Position numbers and translations under genes: made by a program
NCBI GenBank assembly: GCA_951406725.2
Contig: OX597822.1
Location: 43,606,001 to 43,668,000 of the forward strand
Source of the DNA: Octopus vulgaris
Lineage: Eukaryota
Length of the DNA: 62,000 nt
Direction: 5' to 3'
Part shown: in pieces, positions 29,897 through 43,855 of the stretch
Numbering within the stretch: the first letter of the stretch is position 1
How the letters are laid out: the number at the start of each line of letters is the position of its first letter
Notes under the pieces: model-generated
Database searches by the model: none
Told to the model about the DNA's origin: nothing
The model's input: the letters and a program-made list of their open reading frames with translations, nothing else

Positions 29897-30105
29897 ACAC
29901 ACACACACATACACACACACACACTCACACATACCTACGACGGACTTCTTTCAATTTCCGTCTGCCAAATCCACTCACAAGGCTTTGTTGGCCCCTGGCT
30001 AAGTAGTAGAAGACAATTACCAAAAGTGCTACGCAGTGGGATTGAACCTGGAAGCATGTGGTTTGAAAGCACGCTTCGTACCACACAGCCACTCCTGTGT
30101 CTATT
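29690..30105 (-). mobile_element. Two tandem SINE family A 5' halves separated by (CA)n
   Basis: Repeated gacggac.tctttca.tttcc.tct.ccaaatcc...accacacagcca blocks. Confidence 0.8.
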
Positions 30106-30134
30106 TACACACACACACACACATACACACACAC

Positions 30135-30181
<47 letters not shown>

Positions 30182-31108
30182 TACTGTGTTGTCAACAGAA
30201 ACCTTTTTGTAATTTCTAAATTATGGCGAGTCATAGAATTTTTCTATCTCACGGAATTAAAGCAAACGACTCTTAAATGGTTGAACATTCCTACCAAAGA
30301 CATCCACGAACGTCGTTTAATTAAAAATGATATTACACATAATTACGTACGCTATCTTCAGTTGAACTATTAAAAAGTTTAAAGAAACATTTAAATCTGC
30401 TTGGGTAGAAAATCAAATTAGTTTCCTAAAGTAAAAATTAGTTTTCTGAGGTAAAAAGAAATAGAAAAAAATTATAAAATAATAGAAAGTAGGAGTTAAA
30501 ATAGAAGAAGGATGTAAACCATGTGTGCTGTTTAAAATTGTTATCTATTATGGAACAGACAAGAAGCACGATTAGAGAGCATTTGAACGTTTTATTCTAT
30601 CAAAGAAAGATTTGAAAAGGAATAAATGAATTGGTTGCACGAAAAAAATTTCAGCCTGAAGGTTGACAGATGCTTGATTAGATACGTGAAATCGAAGATT
30701 TGAAAGTCATTGCGGGAATTACAAGTAAATTTAATGAAAACAGTGATTCTGTTCAGTGAGTACATTCTAAAATAGTGCTAAATCTTTGTAGCATTTCAAA
30801 AAAATGTGCTATAAGAGACATTCGAACACAGCGAAAAACGCTCTTTGTTTTTTAATTACAGTCACAGAAGCACTTCTAATGAGGGGTTTGTAATAATAGA
30901 AGTAACTGTATTTGTTTCAGTCCTTAGACTGGGGCATCGATTTGAAGGGTGTTTTTAGTGGAGCAAATCGACGTCAGCACTGGTGTTTATTACATTCATT
31001 TCATTAGCCGAACCGCTACCCTGGACAGAAAGAAGCCAACACCGGTTGTGTGGGTACGAACACAATGATACACACATAGATAGATACACGCACGCACGCA
31101 CGCACACA

Positions 31109-31185
<77 letters not shown>

Positions 31186-31552
31186 CATTACGCAAAACAT
31201 TCTTAAATACAGATGCTGACATATGACCAACGTTGAACCCCTTATATACATATATACACACATGTTCTACGATCTATCTTCTTTCAACTTCCGTCACCCA
31301 ATCCACTTACAGTGGGATGATCGGCCGGGGCTATAGTAGAAGATATTTGTTCAAGGTTCCAGTATGCAGTGAGAATGAACACGAAACTGTATTTTTGGGA
31401 AGCAAGCTTCTTCCCACACAGTCACGCCTGTACTTCTATATTACGTTTTCATGTTTAACCTGCTCTGTCAGAAGTGGGAAAGAAGCGGTCCAATGGTTAT
31501 TGCCCTTCTATCTTGGTAGATTTCATACCAAGAGTGATCCACTTGAATATAT

Positions 31553-31779
31553 ATTTCTTTACTACCCACAAGCGGCTAAACACAGAGGGGATAAACAAGG
31601 ACAGACAAACGGATTAAGTCGATTACATCGACCCCAGTGCGTAACTGGTACTTAATTTATCGACCCCGAAAGGATGAAAGGCAAAGTCGACCTCGGCGGA
31701 ATTTGAACTCAGAACGTAACGGCAGACGAAATACGGCTACGCATTTCGCCCGGCGTGCTAACGTTTCTGCCAGCTCGCC
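31553..31779 (-). mobile_element. SINE family B, full-length with TSD
   Basis: Intact monomer; ccacttgaatatat at 31539-31552 and 31778-31791. Confidence 0.92.
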
Positions 31780-31928
31780 ACTTGAATATATGCTAGTCTG
31801 CACCTGCGGGAAGGGTTTGAACAATGAGGGAATTCTGGGGTGCGAGGATGGCATCATTTGAAAAAGAACTGGGCTTAGTCATCAGTGCGGGACCTGGAGG
31901 GATGGCATACACACACACACACACGCAC

Positions 31929-31986
<58 letters not shown>

Positions 31987-34900
31987 ACACACACACACAA
32001 AAGATACGAGAAAGGTATATATGAGTGTCTCGGGAAAGCTTGAGTAGAAACGGCAAGAGCTCTTCCAGCGCATACGAATTGCAGCCCTAGGGGAGTCGCA
32101 GAAAAGGCAGAGAGAGGAGGTCGGTTTGGTTAGAAATACTATTTGTAAGTGGAATTCGTATAGACCAAATAAAATGCATTACGAATGTGTAAAGACAAAG
32201 TTAAAATCTGTTCTCACTTCATTAGAATGAGAATGTTGCGTCAGTTACGATATGTGAAAGAAGATATGATTACGGAACAATATAAGCGTCACAAAATATA
32301 TATTTCTAGGCATGACATCGCCTTGCAAAATGCGGGCTTTCCTAGTCAAACGTTGTAACTTAGTAACCAACACCTACATGATTACATCGTCGCCATATTT
32401 CGCAATTACATGCAATCCAGATGCAAAACCATCATCATCATCTTCATTGTCATCATCATCATTGTCATCATCATCGTCAACAACTACAAGCCCTACCCAT
32501 TATTGACTCGAATCCTAGGACTCATCGGGCCGCTTACCCGGCTTTGATGGCGTTTAATTTACCGAGTTCACAGTATCCTCGCTGAACAGGACGCTAGTCC
32601 GTCGGAGGGTAACTCGTTTATGGCTGACTGAACCGGAACAATGTAAAAAGAAGAGTTTTGCTCAAAAGCCCAACACGACGCCTGGACGGGAATCGAAACC
32701 ATGACCATACGAATATGAGCGCAACAACGTATACTCTTGGCTACGCGCCTTCACTTTCTGACCTCCATACCATTGCAAATATCTGGTATCAAATCAAACA
32801 GAAAATTTAAAACCAGGATTTCAATTTTTCGGACTACTCAATCGTTGCTTGATGTAATTCACTCCAAAAGGTATTTTGTTCTTATCGTGTCTTACTGCAT
32901 TTACGTAAGTAAAGCTGCAGTCAAACGCAATCCTTTACGTCGAGAAACTTTATTATTCAACTGATAATGCGATCACCAATAATAACGTTTCATGAAATTA
33001 GAGCTTCAGTTTGATATTGATGCAGAGGTAATATGAACTACAACCAGCTAGATTTATATATTAATCCACCAATAGGCAACATATGAATCCAGCTTCGATT
33101 TAGAGCTAGAAAGTCACCTTAAACAGTCTTCATCATTATGTAAAATGCTTGCAACACGACAACATTATTAGATAATTATGACATCAAGTCTCTCGGAATT
33201 GTTTGCTTTGCTATCAGTTGTCAAACCACAATTATTAACAGAATGCGGAATATCGCTCAGAGATGACGGATTCTATCTGTATTCTGCTATCTATCAATGT
33301 TTGCGTCAGTATTTATTTAATCAGTGTTTGCTAATATGCCCTATTCACCCTTAAGAATCGTAGCTGTATTATTTGGTTAAGTTATTAATCTTGCGTGTGG
33401 TTTATCATTTCTTCTGCGTCGATATACAAGAGTTGCAAGCTCCTAAGGCATTAACATTACTAATCATATTTGTCTATCAAAGCTGATAGCTCAAATAGTC
33501 CTGAGCAGTGTTCCTGGGTGATTTCAGTGTCGGACAACTAAGAACACATGATACTCAAACAAGCAATATATCGTCCATTTTGCGAATACTATTGTGAATC
33601 AGTTTTAATACGACCATTTTTTCAACAATTCCGCTTTTGGTTGACATGGAAACGTTGACATAGGTTTATATCCAGTCGGTTCGGGCCAATACACAAGTCT
33701 TTACCATAAAATTAGCATGTTCGGTCGGATTCTAGTTTCTTGGAGTAAAATTTCCAGTAAAAATCACTTCGCAGTACTTGCTTGTCTAGAAGCTTCTGCT
33801 TCTTTACCCTTGTAGTGAAAATGCAACCAGCCGTCACTTGCGAGCGAATATGGTTTGATAACAGGTAGCTCACTTTCGGTGATTCTTTCAGCTGCAAGCA
33901 GAGATACATACGCTCGTAGTCCCACCTCACTCAGCAGGATACCCAACATGCGACTGCTGGAGGGTAGAGGGCGGCACCAGCATTTTGACTCGTACTTACT
34001 TTAAGCTGAGTTGTCGGTGACAATGAGGAAGTGTCTTGCTCAAGGTGAAGATGTACTGCTTGGTCCAGGAATCGAAACACACAATTTTACGATCACGTGT
34101 CAAATACCCTGAAGGTGATGTCATGTGACTTCCCTTTCAATTAAAAATTTTTACTTATCCTCTTCACCCGCAAGGAGGCTTCTACAAATATCAAAAACAT
34201 TCCTAAATTTTTGATAGACATCTACTATCATCAAAAACCCACGAGCATATAAGCGATCAAGATCACAGCAACCCACCCTCACTCCCGAACGAGACGCCGG
34301 ACCATGGCAGGGTTACTCATTTCCGGCCGAGCAACATGAAATGAAAGGTTTAATTCAAGAACACAACACACCGACCGATCAGGGAATCGAGATCACTCTC
34401 TTGCGATCTAGAGTGCAACACGCTAACCACTACGCCACACGCCTTCACCTCATGCATATGTACCAATAAGTTAATTTTTTAAAGCTACGTTTGCACTGCT
34501 TTAACTAATTCTAGTTTTATTTTAGCACAGCTGTCTTTCACCTTAAATATCCTCATAGAAGTCTAGTCACCTTGTTTATAATATCGGTTGATCCCCTGAT
34601 GCTTTCGAGACGACTCAATGTCTATCATCATCATGGCTTTCTTCTATCATTAATATTCTCAAAGACATTGGTAACAATAAATTCCTCATTATGTGAAATA
34701 ACATCTTGAACTGCTAAATTCCATTTCAATTCCCAAAAATGACATTTCAATGGCGAAAAATTGCTGCAATTATTACTGAGACCATTTTAATATACCAGAT
34801 AAAATATTGTGTTTAGTTGTTTCCTGTTTTATATTTTCATATGCTATAACAGGTTCCTTACAAAACGGATGACAAAAAACGATTATGATATTGATGATGA

Positions 34901-35004
34901 CGATGATGACGACGACGATGATGATGATGTTGATGATCATCATCATCATCCATACCAGCATCAGCAATACATTCCAGTTACGATTATGCATCAGTATATG
35001 GCAG

Positions 35005-35060
<56 letters not shown>

Positions 35061-35061
35061 A

Positions 35062-35570
35062 ACTAGCAGTATCGCCCGGCGTTGGTCGGGTTTGTAAGGG
35101 AACTAACTATATAAGCATTTTTAGTGAGTTATAGCAAAAAAATAGGAAAAAAATGGAATAAAAAATGATGGTAATTTTGGTGTCTTCAAACCATGAAGTC
35201 GTTGTTCTAAAAGAACGCTGGTCTCCTTGACAACGCTTTACGACGTTGATTTCCTTGCACTCCCTTCCCCACAGCTTCACGAGGGAGGGAAGAAGGGGGG
35301 AGAAGCAACACAGGTGCAGGTGTGAGCATGGACGCCAACTCTGCCGCCATCGACACACGAAAAAATTGGAAGAAATGGAAAAAAATGATGTTAAATTATT
35401 TTTAAAATCGTAGACTCATCGTAGACGCGCGCTCGATATGAGACGGGCTCGATATGAATCACGACTATAAGATACCCGAATTTGGTTAAACTGCACCGCA
35501 AAATGTGGGAGTACTTAGGAATCTAAATCGTAGGAGACAGACACACAACTACAGTTTTATATATATAGAT
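35062..35570 (+). mobile_element. Non-autonomous Helitron-like element, copy 1
   Basis: 5' actagcagtatcgcccggcgttg and 3' ggagacagacacacaac...ttttatatatatagat termini shared with 46788-47184. No TIR or TSD seen. Class assignment is by resemblance to ACTAG...AGAT Helitron-like elements. Confidence 0.7.
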
Positions 35571-37051
35571 ATAATGCTGTTATATTTAAGACGCACCCCA
35601 AAATACATGCAGATAGTACTTTCAACAAGCCATAATTTGTTTTTAAAAATATATTCGAGTGGCCTATTTTTCTAAAACTAACGTAAATTTTTTAAGAAAC
35701 AAAATGGCATAGTCTTCGGGTACACGACCGAATCACTAATTCTCCACCTTTCAATATTCCAGTATCGTGTGTTTCATTTGTGGTTTATGCTCTCGAAAAA
35801 TACAATACAAAATGGCCGTCTTTGCAAACATATTCCCGTCAAAGAATGTTCACTTTTACCTCTTATTAATATAAACTTGTTTGTATCTTCATAAATCTAA
35901 ATTTGGACCACTGACTTTGATACTGATATCAGTCTTATACCCTCAGATGCATTTTATTCATGATCTTCTCATCAAAATGGAACGAAACTTCACGTTTATG
36001 AAGTGCAGCAAATATTGATAACCCTCCGAATATTGCTCCAACGATCTCCTGTATAAATTAACAAATCCCAATAAGATTCTTTTGCTAGATTTACAACCAC
36101 ATGTTTTTACTGATAAATGATGACGTTGGATAAATTCCTTTTTGTTATAGTCACTTTTAAGTTATATCTATAGATTTCCTGTAGAATGTAGAGTCAGAAA
36201 CGAAAGTTACAACGTTTCGTATAAAAATACATCTATGTAAACAATGCGATCGAAGATAGAAAAATAGATAATAGGTGTATATACATATTTCAGGAGTTCT
36301 TGCTTCCTCTTCAACGCTACATCCAACCCATTAACCATCCATGAACACATTGCTTAAACACCGAATATAGTGGTGTAACACAATCGGATATACCCTTTTT
36401 TACAGTCCTGGCAACTGCTACGTACATATTAATTGCTGATAGAGACACTGTATTTCGTTATGCAATCATAATATACTACAAATATATCAAACTTTTTTAT
36501 AAGTCAATGGTACATCCAACCTGTGTTAGCAGTGCGATTCAATCATTTTTAAAGTTATCTCTACAAGCTTTCTCTTGAAACTAGAGCGAGCACTGGAAGT
36601 TACGAATACGTCTATGAAAAGAATGCGATCGAAGATAGAAAAATAAGTCATTGGTGTATATCAATATTTCAGGTGTTATTTCCCTTTCTTCAGTGTCACA
36701 TACAATCTATTAACTAACCACGAACGCTTTGTTTAAATACCTACTATATTTACAGCTGGCTCTAAATTATATACGAAATCTATAGATATAATTAAAAACT
36801 GACTGTATCGCTCTGCTAATACAAAACGTCAGACATACTATTGCCTTATAAATTTTTAATATACTTGGTTGTAAATTATAGTTGCAAAGCAAATTAAGGT
36901 GTCGCTACCAGCATGCAATCTTCTTTGTTAATACTTTAAAATCATAATTCATTAATCTTTGACAAAGGCTTTGCTAGTTCGTTCACTTTAGTACTTCAAC
37001 TCATTTTTAATCTCCTCTACTTGATATGTAGACGCAGAACAGCCTCAGCCT

Positions 37052-37121
<70 letters not shown>

Positions 37122-37244
37122 CAATATCAGGGTAGCAAAAAAATTCAATAGAAATCTTTTCGCCACCAGCGGTCTAGTGAGAAAGAAAAAATAGTCAACA
37201 GACTATATAATGTACATTCAACAATAATATTAATGATAACATTG

Positions 37245-37324
37245 TAATAATTATTACCTATGAGGTTTTTATTCCCATGCTAGACACTTGATATAATCGG
37301 TATTTAAATAAACGATCTTATTCT

Positions 37325-37403
<79 letters not shown>

Positions 37404-37446
37404 GTAACTATGTATGTATATATATAATATATACATACACACACAT

Positions 37447-37494
<48 letters not shown>

Positions 37495-37731
37495 CAATAA
37501 TATTAGGAATGGCCTTAATAGGCCATTCAACTCACTAAAACGAGTAGCCAAACTCAAACCGCTAAATAGTAGTAATTCAGAAATCAAAGGAAAATTAAAA
37601 AAATTAAAAATTAAAAACATTTACCCTTAATTTTCCTTTGATTTCTGAATTACTACTATTTAGCGGTTTGAGTTTGGCTGCTCGTTTTAGTGAGTTGAAT
37701 GGCCTATTAAGGCCATTCCTTAATATTATTG

Positions 37732-37787
<56 letters not shown>

Positions 37788-37855
37788 ATGTATATATTAT
37801 ATATATACATACATAGTTACATATATATAAATATGTGTGTGTGTGGGTATGTATG

Positions 37856-37893
<38 letters not shown>

Positions 37894-37971
37894 AATAAGA
37901 TCGTTTGTTTAAATACCGATTATATCAAGTGGCTAGCATGGGTATAAAAACTTCATAGGTAATAATTATTA
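37245..37971. repeat. Near-perfect ~730-bp palindrome (arms ~350 bp, 28-bp spacer)
   Basis: 37245-37598 is the reverse complement of 37627-37971, including mirrored microsatellites; about six differences in the non-repetitive parts. Confidence 0.93.
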
Positions 37972-38163
37972 TTAAAATTATAATTAAGGGTAGCTAGAAA
38001 TCCGGGATCTGGAATTATCCAATAATTTTTTGCTAGTTTAATTTGTCTCCTTGTTTTCTCTCCTGGTTCTGTATGAATATTTGATGTGATTTTAGAGTCA
38101 AGTTTTGACTGCTATCTCTAGCATGATGGTATCTTTTAGATACCCTCAATTACAATATTATAC

Positions 38164-38197
<34 letters not shown>

Positions 38198-38238
38198 GTA
38201 TGTGTGTGTGCGTATATATATATATATATATATATATA

Positions 38239-38310
<72 letters not shown>

Positions 38311-38569
38311 CTTCATAAATAATACTTTCAAATATTAGTACAAAGCCAGCAGATTTTGAGGAAAGGGAGAAATCGATTACATTGACCCAGTACATAACTG
38401 GTATTTATTTTAACGACTCTGAAAAGATGAACGGCATGATCGACCTCGACGGAATTTGAACTCAGTACGCAAAGACGGGAGAAATCACGCTAAGTATTTT
38501 GTCCGACCTGCTAAGGTTTTGTTATCTCTTGACTTTAAACATCTAAGTAAACAATGTTATCTTAAATGT

Positions 38570-39960
38570 CACTTTGTACAGGTTCAATGTCTTTGTGAAG
38601 CATAGCCGCATGAAATATGTTTATTTCATACGAAGACATGTTCATCTTAAAACTCATCTGTATATTCACCGTTGTGAAATCTCCTGGGTCTGAGCTAAAT
38701 AATCTCATGCCAGAAAGAGAATGAAATAGGTAAAGTTGTTTAAGAATCTGAATACATTCTTGTACATATTCTTAGTTTTCCATCTGCTCTTCACATTAGC
38801 TCTAGAGAGGTAACTTATAATTTGCAACACCATCTCAAATAAAGATTTTATTTTGTAAAAGAAAATTTCCTTTAGCAAAATAGCTGTTTCATATTTAATG
38901 TATACATAGGCGCAGGAGTGGCTGTGTGGTAAGTAGCTTTCTTACCAACCATATGGTTCCGGGCTCAGTCCCACTGCGTGCATGGTATCTTGGGCAAGTG
39001 TCTTCTACTATAGCCTCGGGCCGAGGAAAGTCCTGTGAGTGGATTTGGTAAACGGAAACTGAAAGAAGCCCGTCGTATATATGTATATATATGTGTGTGT
39101 GTGTTTGTGTTTGTCACCCTAGCATTATGGTGTGTTTACTTTCGAACTTTCAATGGGGCGTATTCGCAACCAGCTGCAATCATGAACGAAAGTTGTCATC
39201 TCTGACGAAAGAAAAAGCGAAGAAAACATTCACTGATGTAGCCACCCGGTTGATGAAAAATCCGTTATACGCAATTGAGGCAAGATTTAATTTAGATAGC
39301 CAACTATAAAGAATACTTTCCTGCAGTAATTTTCTCCGCTTTGCTGTAATTAATAGTTGAATGTGTAGTGGTTTTGCTTCTAAATTACATGGCTTGATAT
39401 AGCCTTTGAGGAGAAAGTTAGCCTCCAAGACACATACTCCTTCAAAGAGTCCTGGAACTTCGGTTTTATGAATTAAGGTAGAAATGTCAGCATATATCAC
39501 ATCCATATCGCTCAACCCACGAGTTTTCTTACATTTACCAATAATGATATAAAAAAAAAATGGCAAAAAGAAAAAAAAAGAACCTTCCACGCTCTTATCA
39601 GTTTCTTTAATGCGTCAAACTTTCCTAGAATTTTAACAAGTGATCCATCAAATTGTTTTAGTTTGCGATTACACTGTTCCATATTTTTTGTTTATTCAAA
39701 TCAGCCCAGAAGTTTTCATGTAATTACAGTTACCTGACTGCCAGTGTCAACCTGCATCTCAAATTTACCATTATTGCGTTTCACTTTGATCCTTGGGATA
39801 TTTTTTTAGGATAATTTCATAAATACCTGCAGAATATTCATTTTCAATTACCTCAATTTCCTCGATCGTTTTTTTTATATATTCACATTCTGCCTGAAAG
39901 AGATCCTCTTTCATTTAATACACGTTTTACAAAAAATGCAGGACACATGGTTGGTGCAGG
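38570..39960 (-). mobile_element. Decayed Ty3/Gypsy-type gag-pol relic (protease and RT N-terminus)
   Basis: Aspartic protease motif NGKFEMQVDTGSQVTVI (DTG at 39740-39748), RKLKQFDGSLVKILGKF, and RT-start-like PGLFEG...FLLKGYIKP...KLLQESIL. Possible Cys-rich gag remnant (MCPAFF) near 39950. No LTR recognised. Confidence 0.75.
38908..39125 (+). mobile_element. SINE family A 5' half inserted in the Gypsy relic
   Basis: ggcgcaggagtggctgtgtggtaagtagc...ggaaactgaaagaagcccgtcgtata, near-intact head. Confidence 0.9.
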
Positions 39961-41275
39961 GTTATGTCGATATTTCATATTTTTCCTATTTATATTTGTA
40001 TCTGCCATCATGTCACGTAGTCATAATACCAGTATTTATCCGCTACTAATATATTTTTTGCATTTTTTACACAGTACGCCCATAAGGGATATTAAGGAAA
40101 GAATTTCACAGTTAATTTACCTTTCACGATGTGTCTGTTTTAATTATTATGAATAGATGGCTATTTTAACCTAATAATATTTATGTTGCATATAATGAGT
40201 TTTTATTCAGCCGGATGGTTAAACGCAACTTCAGTGATTTTTTCAGTCCCTAAATTCCTATAACGGTGGAGGCAGATTTTTCTTTTCATGCGGTTGGCAG
40301 TGAGCGCATGTTACCGACAAAGCCTGGAAAGCCAGATATATACCTCTATCGTTCTCAACACTGTTGCAGGATTATTTTCATCTGTTAGTGATATAGTTTA
40401 GTGTTTTTAAACATACTGTATCCATAACAGTTATTACTTCCGGAAGAATACCGTAGTTAATTTTCCTTTTGGCGATGAATCTGCATTGAGTATGATACAC
40501 TGATATCTATTTTTATTTATATCTTGGATATAATTCTGTTGTGTCTGGGGAGAGTAATTCTCTTTTAGTGCTTTATAATGTAACACACTCACTGGTAAAA
40601 TTTCCACTCATTTACTTATTTATTTTTCTAAAATCTTCGCTGCATCTTGCAACCTTCTCAATAGTTGTTGACTCTGTCCATTATTGAAGCTGTTCCATTC
40701 TTATTTCATTTCAGTTTTGTGGCGTATAGAAATCATTTCAAGCCATTGAAGGAATTCAATACACGAATAAATCCTTTAGTATTGAAACTGGCCATATCCG
40801 GCCAAAATACTCAACTTGTTTTATGTTCAAACTAGCCATATATAACCTTTCAGGCCGACTCTACACTGTCATTCTAAAAATGGACCGTTGCACCGTACCA
40901 TCATCAAATTTTCGAAGCTACAAGATAATGAATGATTAATCCAACACAATATGAATAGATAAGCATCATATTTGAATCCTCTAATTGAAGATATTCGACG
41001 ATTACAGAGATATTCGACCAATTCCGAATAAAGTTAAGGTATTCTCCAACTCTATATGACTTCTTGCGCTTTATTTATAAGCAGAATTAAAATATGCTTA
41101 TGAACTAACTTTTCTATGTTATATATATCCAATCATTCAGGATGTAGATTATCTCTGATGATATTTTAGATTATATATGTATACATTCATACATGTGCAC
41201 ACACACACACGCACACTCATATATATATATATATATATATATACTTTATTTTAAGCAGCAGAAAATTCAACAAAT

Positions 41276-41317
<42 letters not shown>

Positions 41318-41484
41318 ATATGTATATATGTATATATATATATATATGTATATATGTATATATATATATGTATATATGTATATATATATGTATATATGTG
41401 TATATATATATATATGTATATATGTATATATATATATGTATATATGTATATGTATATATGTATATATGTATATATATATATGTA

Positions 41485-41521
<37 letters not shown>

Positions 41522-42384
41522 CGAAATCACAACCGAAGCGATAACAGTTGCTGAGCTTGCCTCATTGATTCCGGGAGATTGACCTTTATAGATGGTCTTA
41601 TCACAGATATTTTAATGCTAAAAATTACTTCTCTGAGTTAGAGGGATTTCACGATTACAGAAACTTTATGTATGGCCTTTATACATATTTTTAGATACAA
41701 GCAACTCTCATGTGTTTAATCTTTGCATCCAAGCTTATCCCCATACTTGCTTTGAAAGCAAAACACGACAGACATTCCTCTATCTTAAGTGAAGTCAAAC
41801 GTTCATTGTTATTAAGCAAGAGCGCCATTATCCTGTCACCCTTAAAGTTGTATTCAACTACGACACTTTACGTTCAGAATCTTTATTTAACTGAATAGAC
41901 TGGTTCTTCAGTTGAATTGGTATCATTCTTAAATAGTCTTAATCAACATGTAAAGCGCAGACAAATCTACAACGACATTTCCATAATAATGACATCAGAA
42001 CTGTGTTAAGAATATATTATATCATTATCAAATTAAATTTTTCGCTGTATGTGTCAATACTTGCAATATCAAAAGGATAACACAGCCAAGCATGAACAGA
42101 AACTAATTAATCGAACGTATACTAAGCAGCAATGATTAAAATAGAGTTGTAGATAGTTATATTTAACACGATCGTGTACACTGACACGTGGAAATATCTT
42201 CGCTGTACATTCCCCTTAAGAGAATAATTATAGTCTTTGTGACATTTGCTTTTAACTAGGACATTTAGAAAAGGGTCAGCTAGCTGCGTGGCATAGGGTC
42301 AATTTGAGACATGTTCCAGACTCTGGAACATAGACGCACTGTTTTCTCCCTCTTCCTCTTTTACCGATTCCATAACGGCTCATG

Positions 42385-42685
42385 CAGTGAAGACGCGTAG
42401 CTTAGTAGCCAGGGTATTCGTCTCACGGTTGTAAGATCGCGAGTTCAAAACTGGGTAGCGCGTTGTGTTCTTGAGCAAAATATTTTATTTCTCATTGCTC
42501 CAGTCCACTCGGCTGGCAAAATCGAGTGATACCTGTATTGCAAAGGGCCAGCCTTGTCACTTTCTGTTTCAGCTGAATCTCCCTAAGAACTACGTTAAGG
42601 GTACAAGTGTCTGTGGAGTGCTGAATACCCAGGCTGGTTCGTTGATCGGATCAAGTATAACCCACTTCGTCGTAACCGACGGAGA
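42385..42685 (+). mobile_element. Degenerate SINE family D
   Basis: gtgaagacgcgtagcttagt...gttcttgagcaa...aactacgttaagggtac...gtaaccgacgga. Confidence 0.75.
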
Positions 42686-43855
42686 GACAGTTCTATTTTT
42701 AACGGCTCGTGTTTGCCGCAACTGGTTTAGCTCGTGTCAACTCCCCTCAAGCATACCAGTCCAACTAATCTGGCCACCAACTATCACTTTTGTGTCCAGC
42801 TGCCTTGTTGTGGAACATTCAGTCCTTCCATCCCATAATGTCGTCTCTCTGAAATTTCCTCTTGTTGGTGTTGGCGTACAGAGATTTGTAAGGAAACGAA
42901 CAGAATAAATCTCACTGTCTTAGGAGGATCTGAGGAGGCCATGGGCGCTGTTGCTTGCTCCAGATCCAACTACTAAAAGAGAAATGCTCCATCGAATGCA
43001 TTTTCTTTCTATTTTAGGGAGAATGGAGGGTCTATAGTTTCGCCACCTGCGTAGTCACCATTTTAATCTATTTTAAAACTCAAATAGGATCGAAACTTCA
43101 ACGCACTTAGGTGTTTATGGCTATTTCAGAAAAGGCATGTTAGTCTCAACGACAATTTCAATATTTTTGAGGAAACCACTTAGATCGGGGGTTCCCAACC
43201 GGGTCCGCAGAATCTTTGAGGGGGTCCATATATATCTTTGAGTGGGTCCATATATAAATTTTGTTTACTGTATTTATTGAAATTTTCAAGATTTGTATTT
43301 CGAATTTCTGTTATGAATATAACGAAATTGTTTCATTGTTAGTTTTTAGAAACGCACAAACGAATATTTTATTTCAAACATTTACATGTGCATATATGAG
43401 GTCCACAGATAAGATAGCTCTCAGGAGACCCACAGGCAAAATAAGGCAGGGGACCCCTGACTTAGATGGAAGACTTGACAGAATATCTATAAGAGTGTGG
43501 GCACCACTACAGTTAGCCAAGTGAACGATTCCATTTTTTTCAAATTAAGCATCGCATTCTTTATAAGCCATCCTCTGCTGTTCTCATATATGGGATGTTT
43601 TTTTTTCCAGCATTTGGATCCATGCTTTTTCTGTTCAGGAAGTACTCTCTTTTGTCTCCTTGTGGTTATCTGGTCAAGGTCTAACGTATTTCCATGAGGG
43701 TAGACATTTATCCCCCAGGCTTTTAAGGATTTGAATTGTCATTGATGCCCCTGTAACTTTGTGTTTTTACTTGTTAGGGGGTGTTGGCCACAGGCATATG
43801 CATTTGTCCACTTAGAAGTGGTGTTCCATATCAGTTTGGAGTCTCTATCTTGACC

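Noticed and set aside
41690-41860. Minus-strand frame IMALLLNNNERLTSLKIEECLSC resembling an LRR
   Set aside because: Single short match with stops on both sides and a weak acceptor; cannot be distinguished from chance without a profile search.
43188-43460. Possible hAT-type MITE ends (ggggttcccaacc ... ggggacccctga)
   Set aside because: Terminal match too short and degenerate, and no 8-bp TSD seen.
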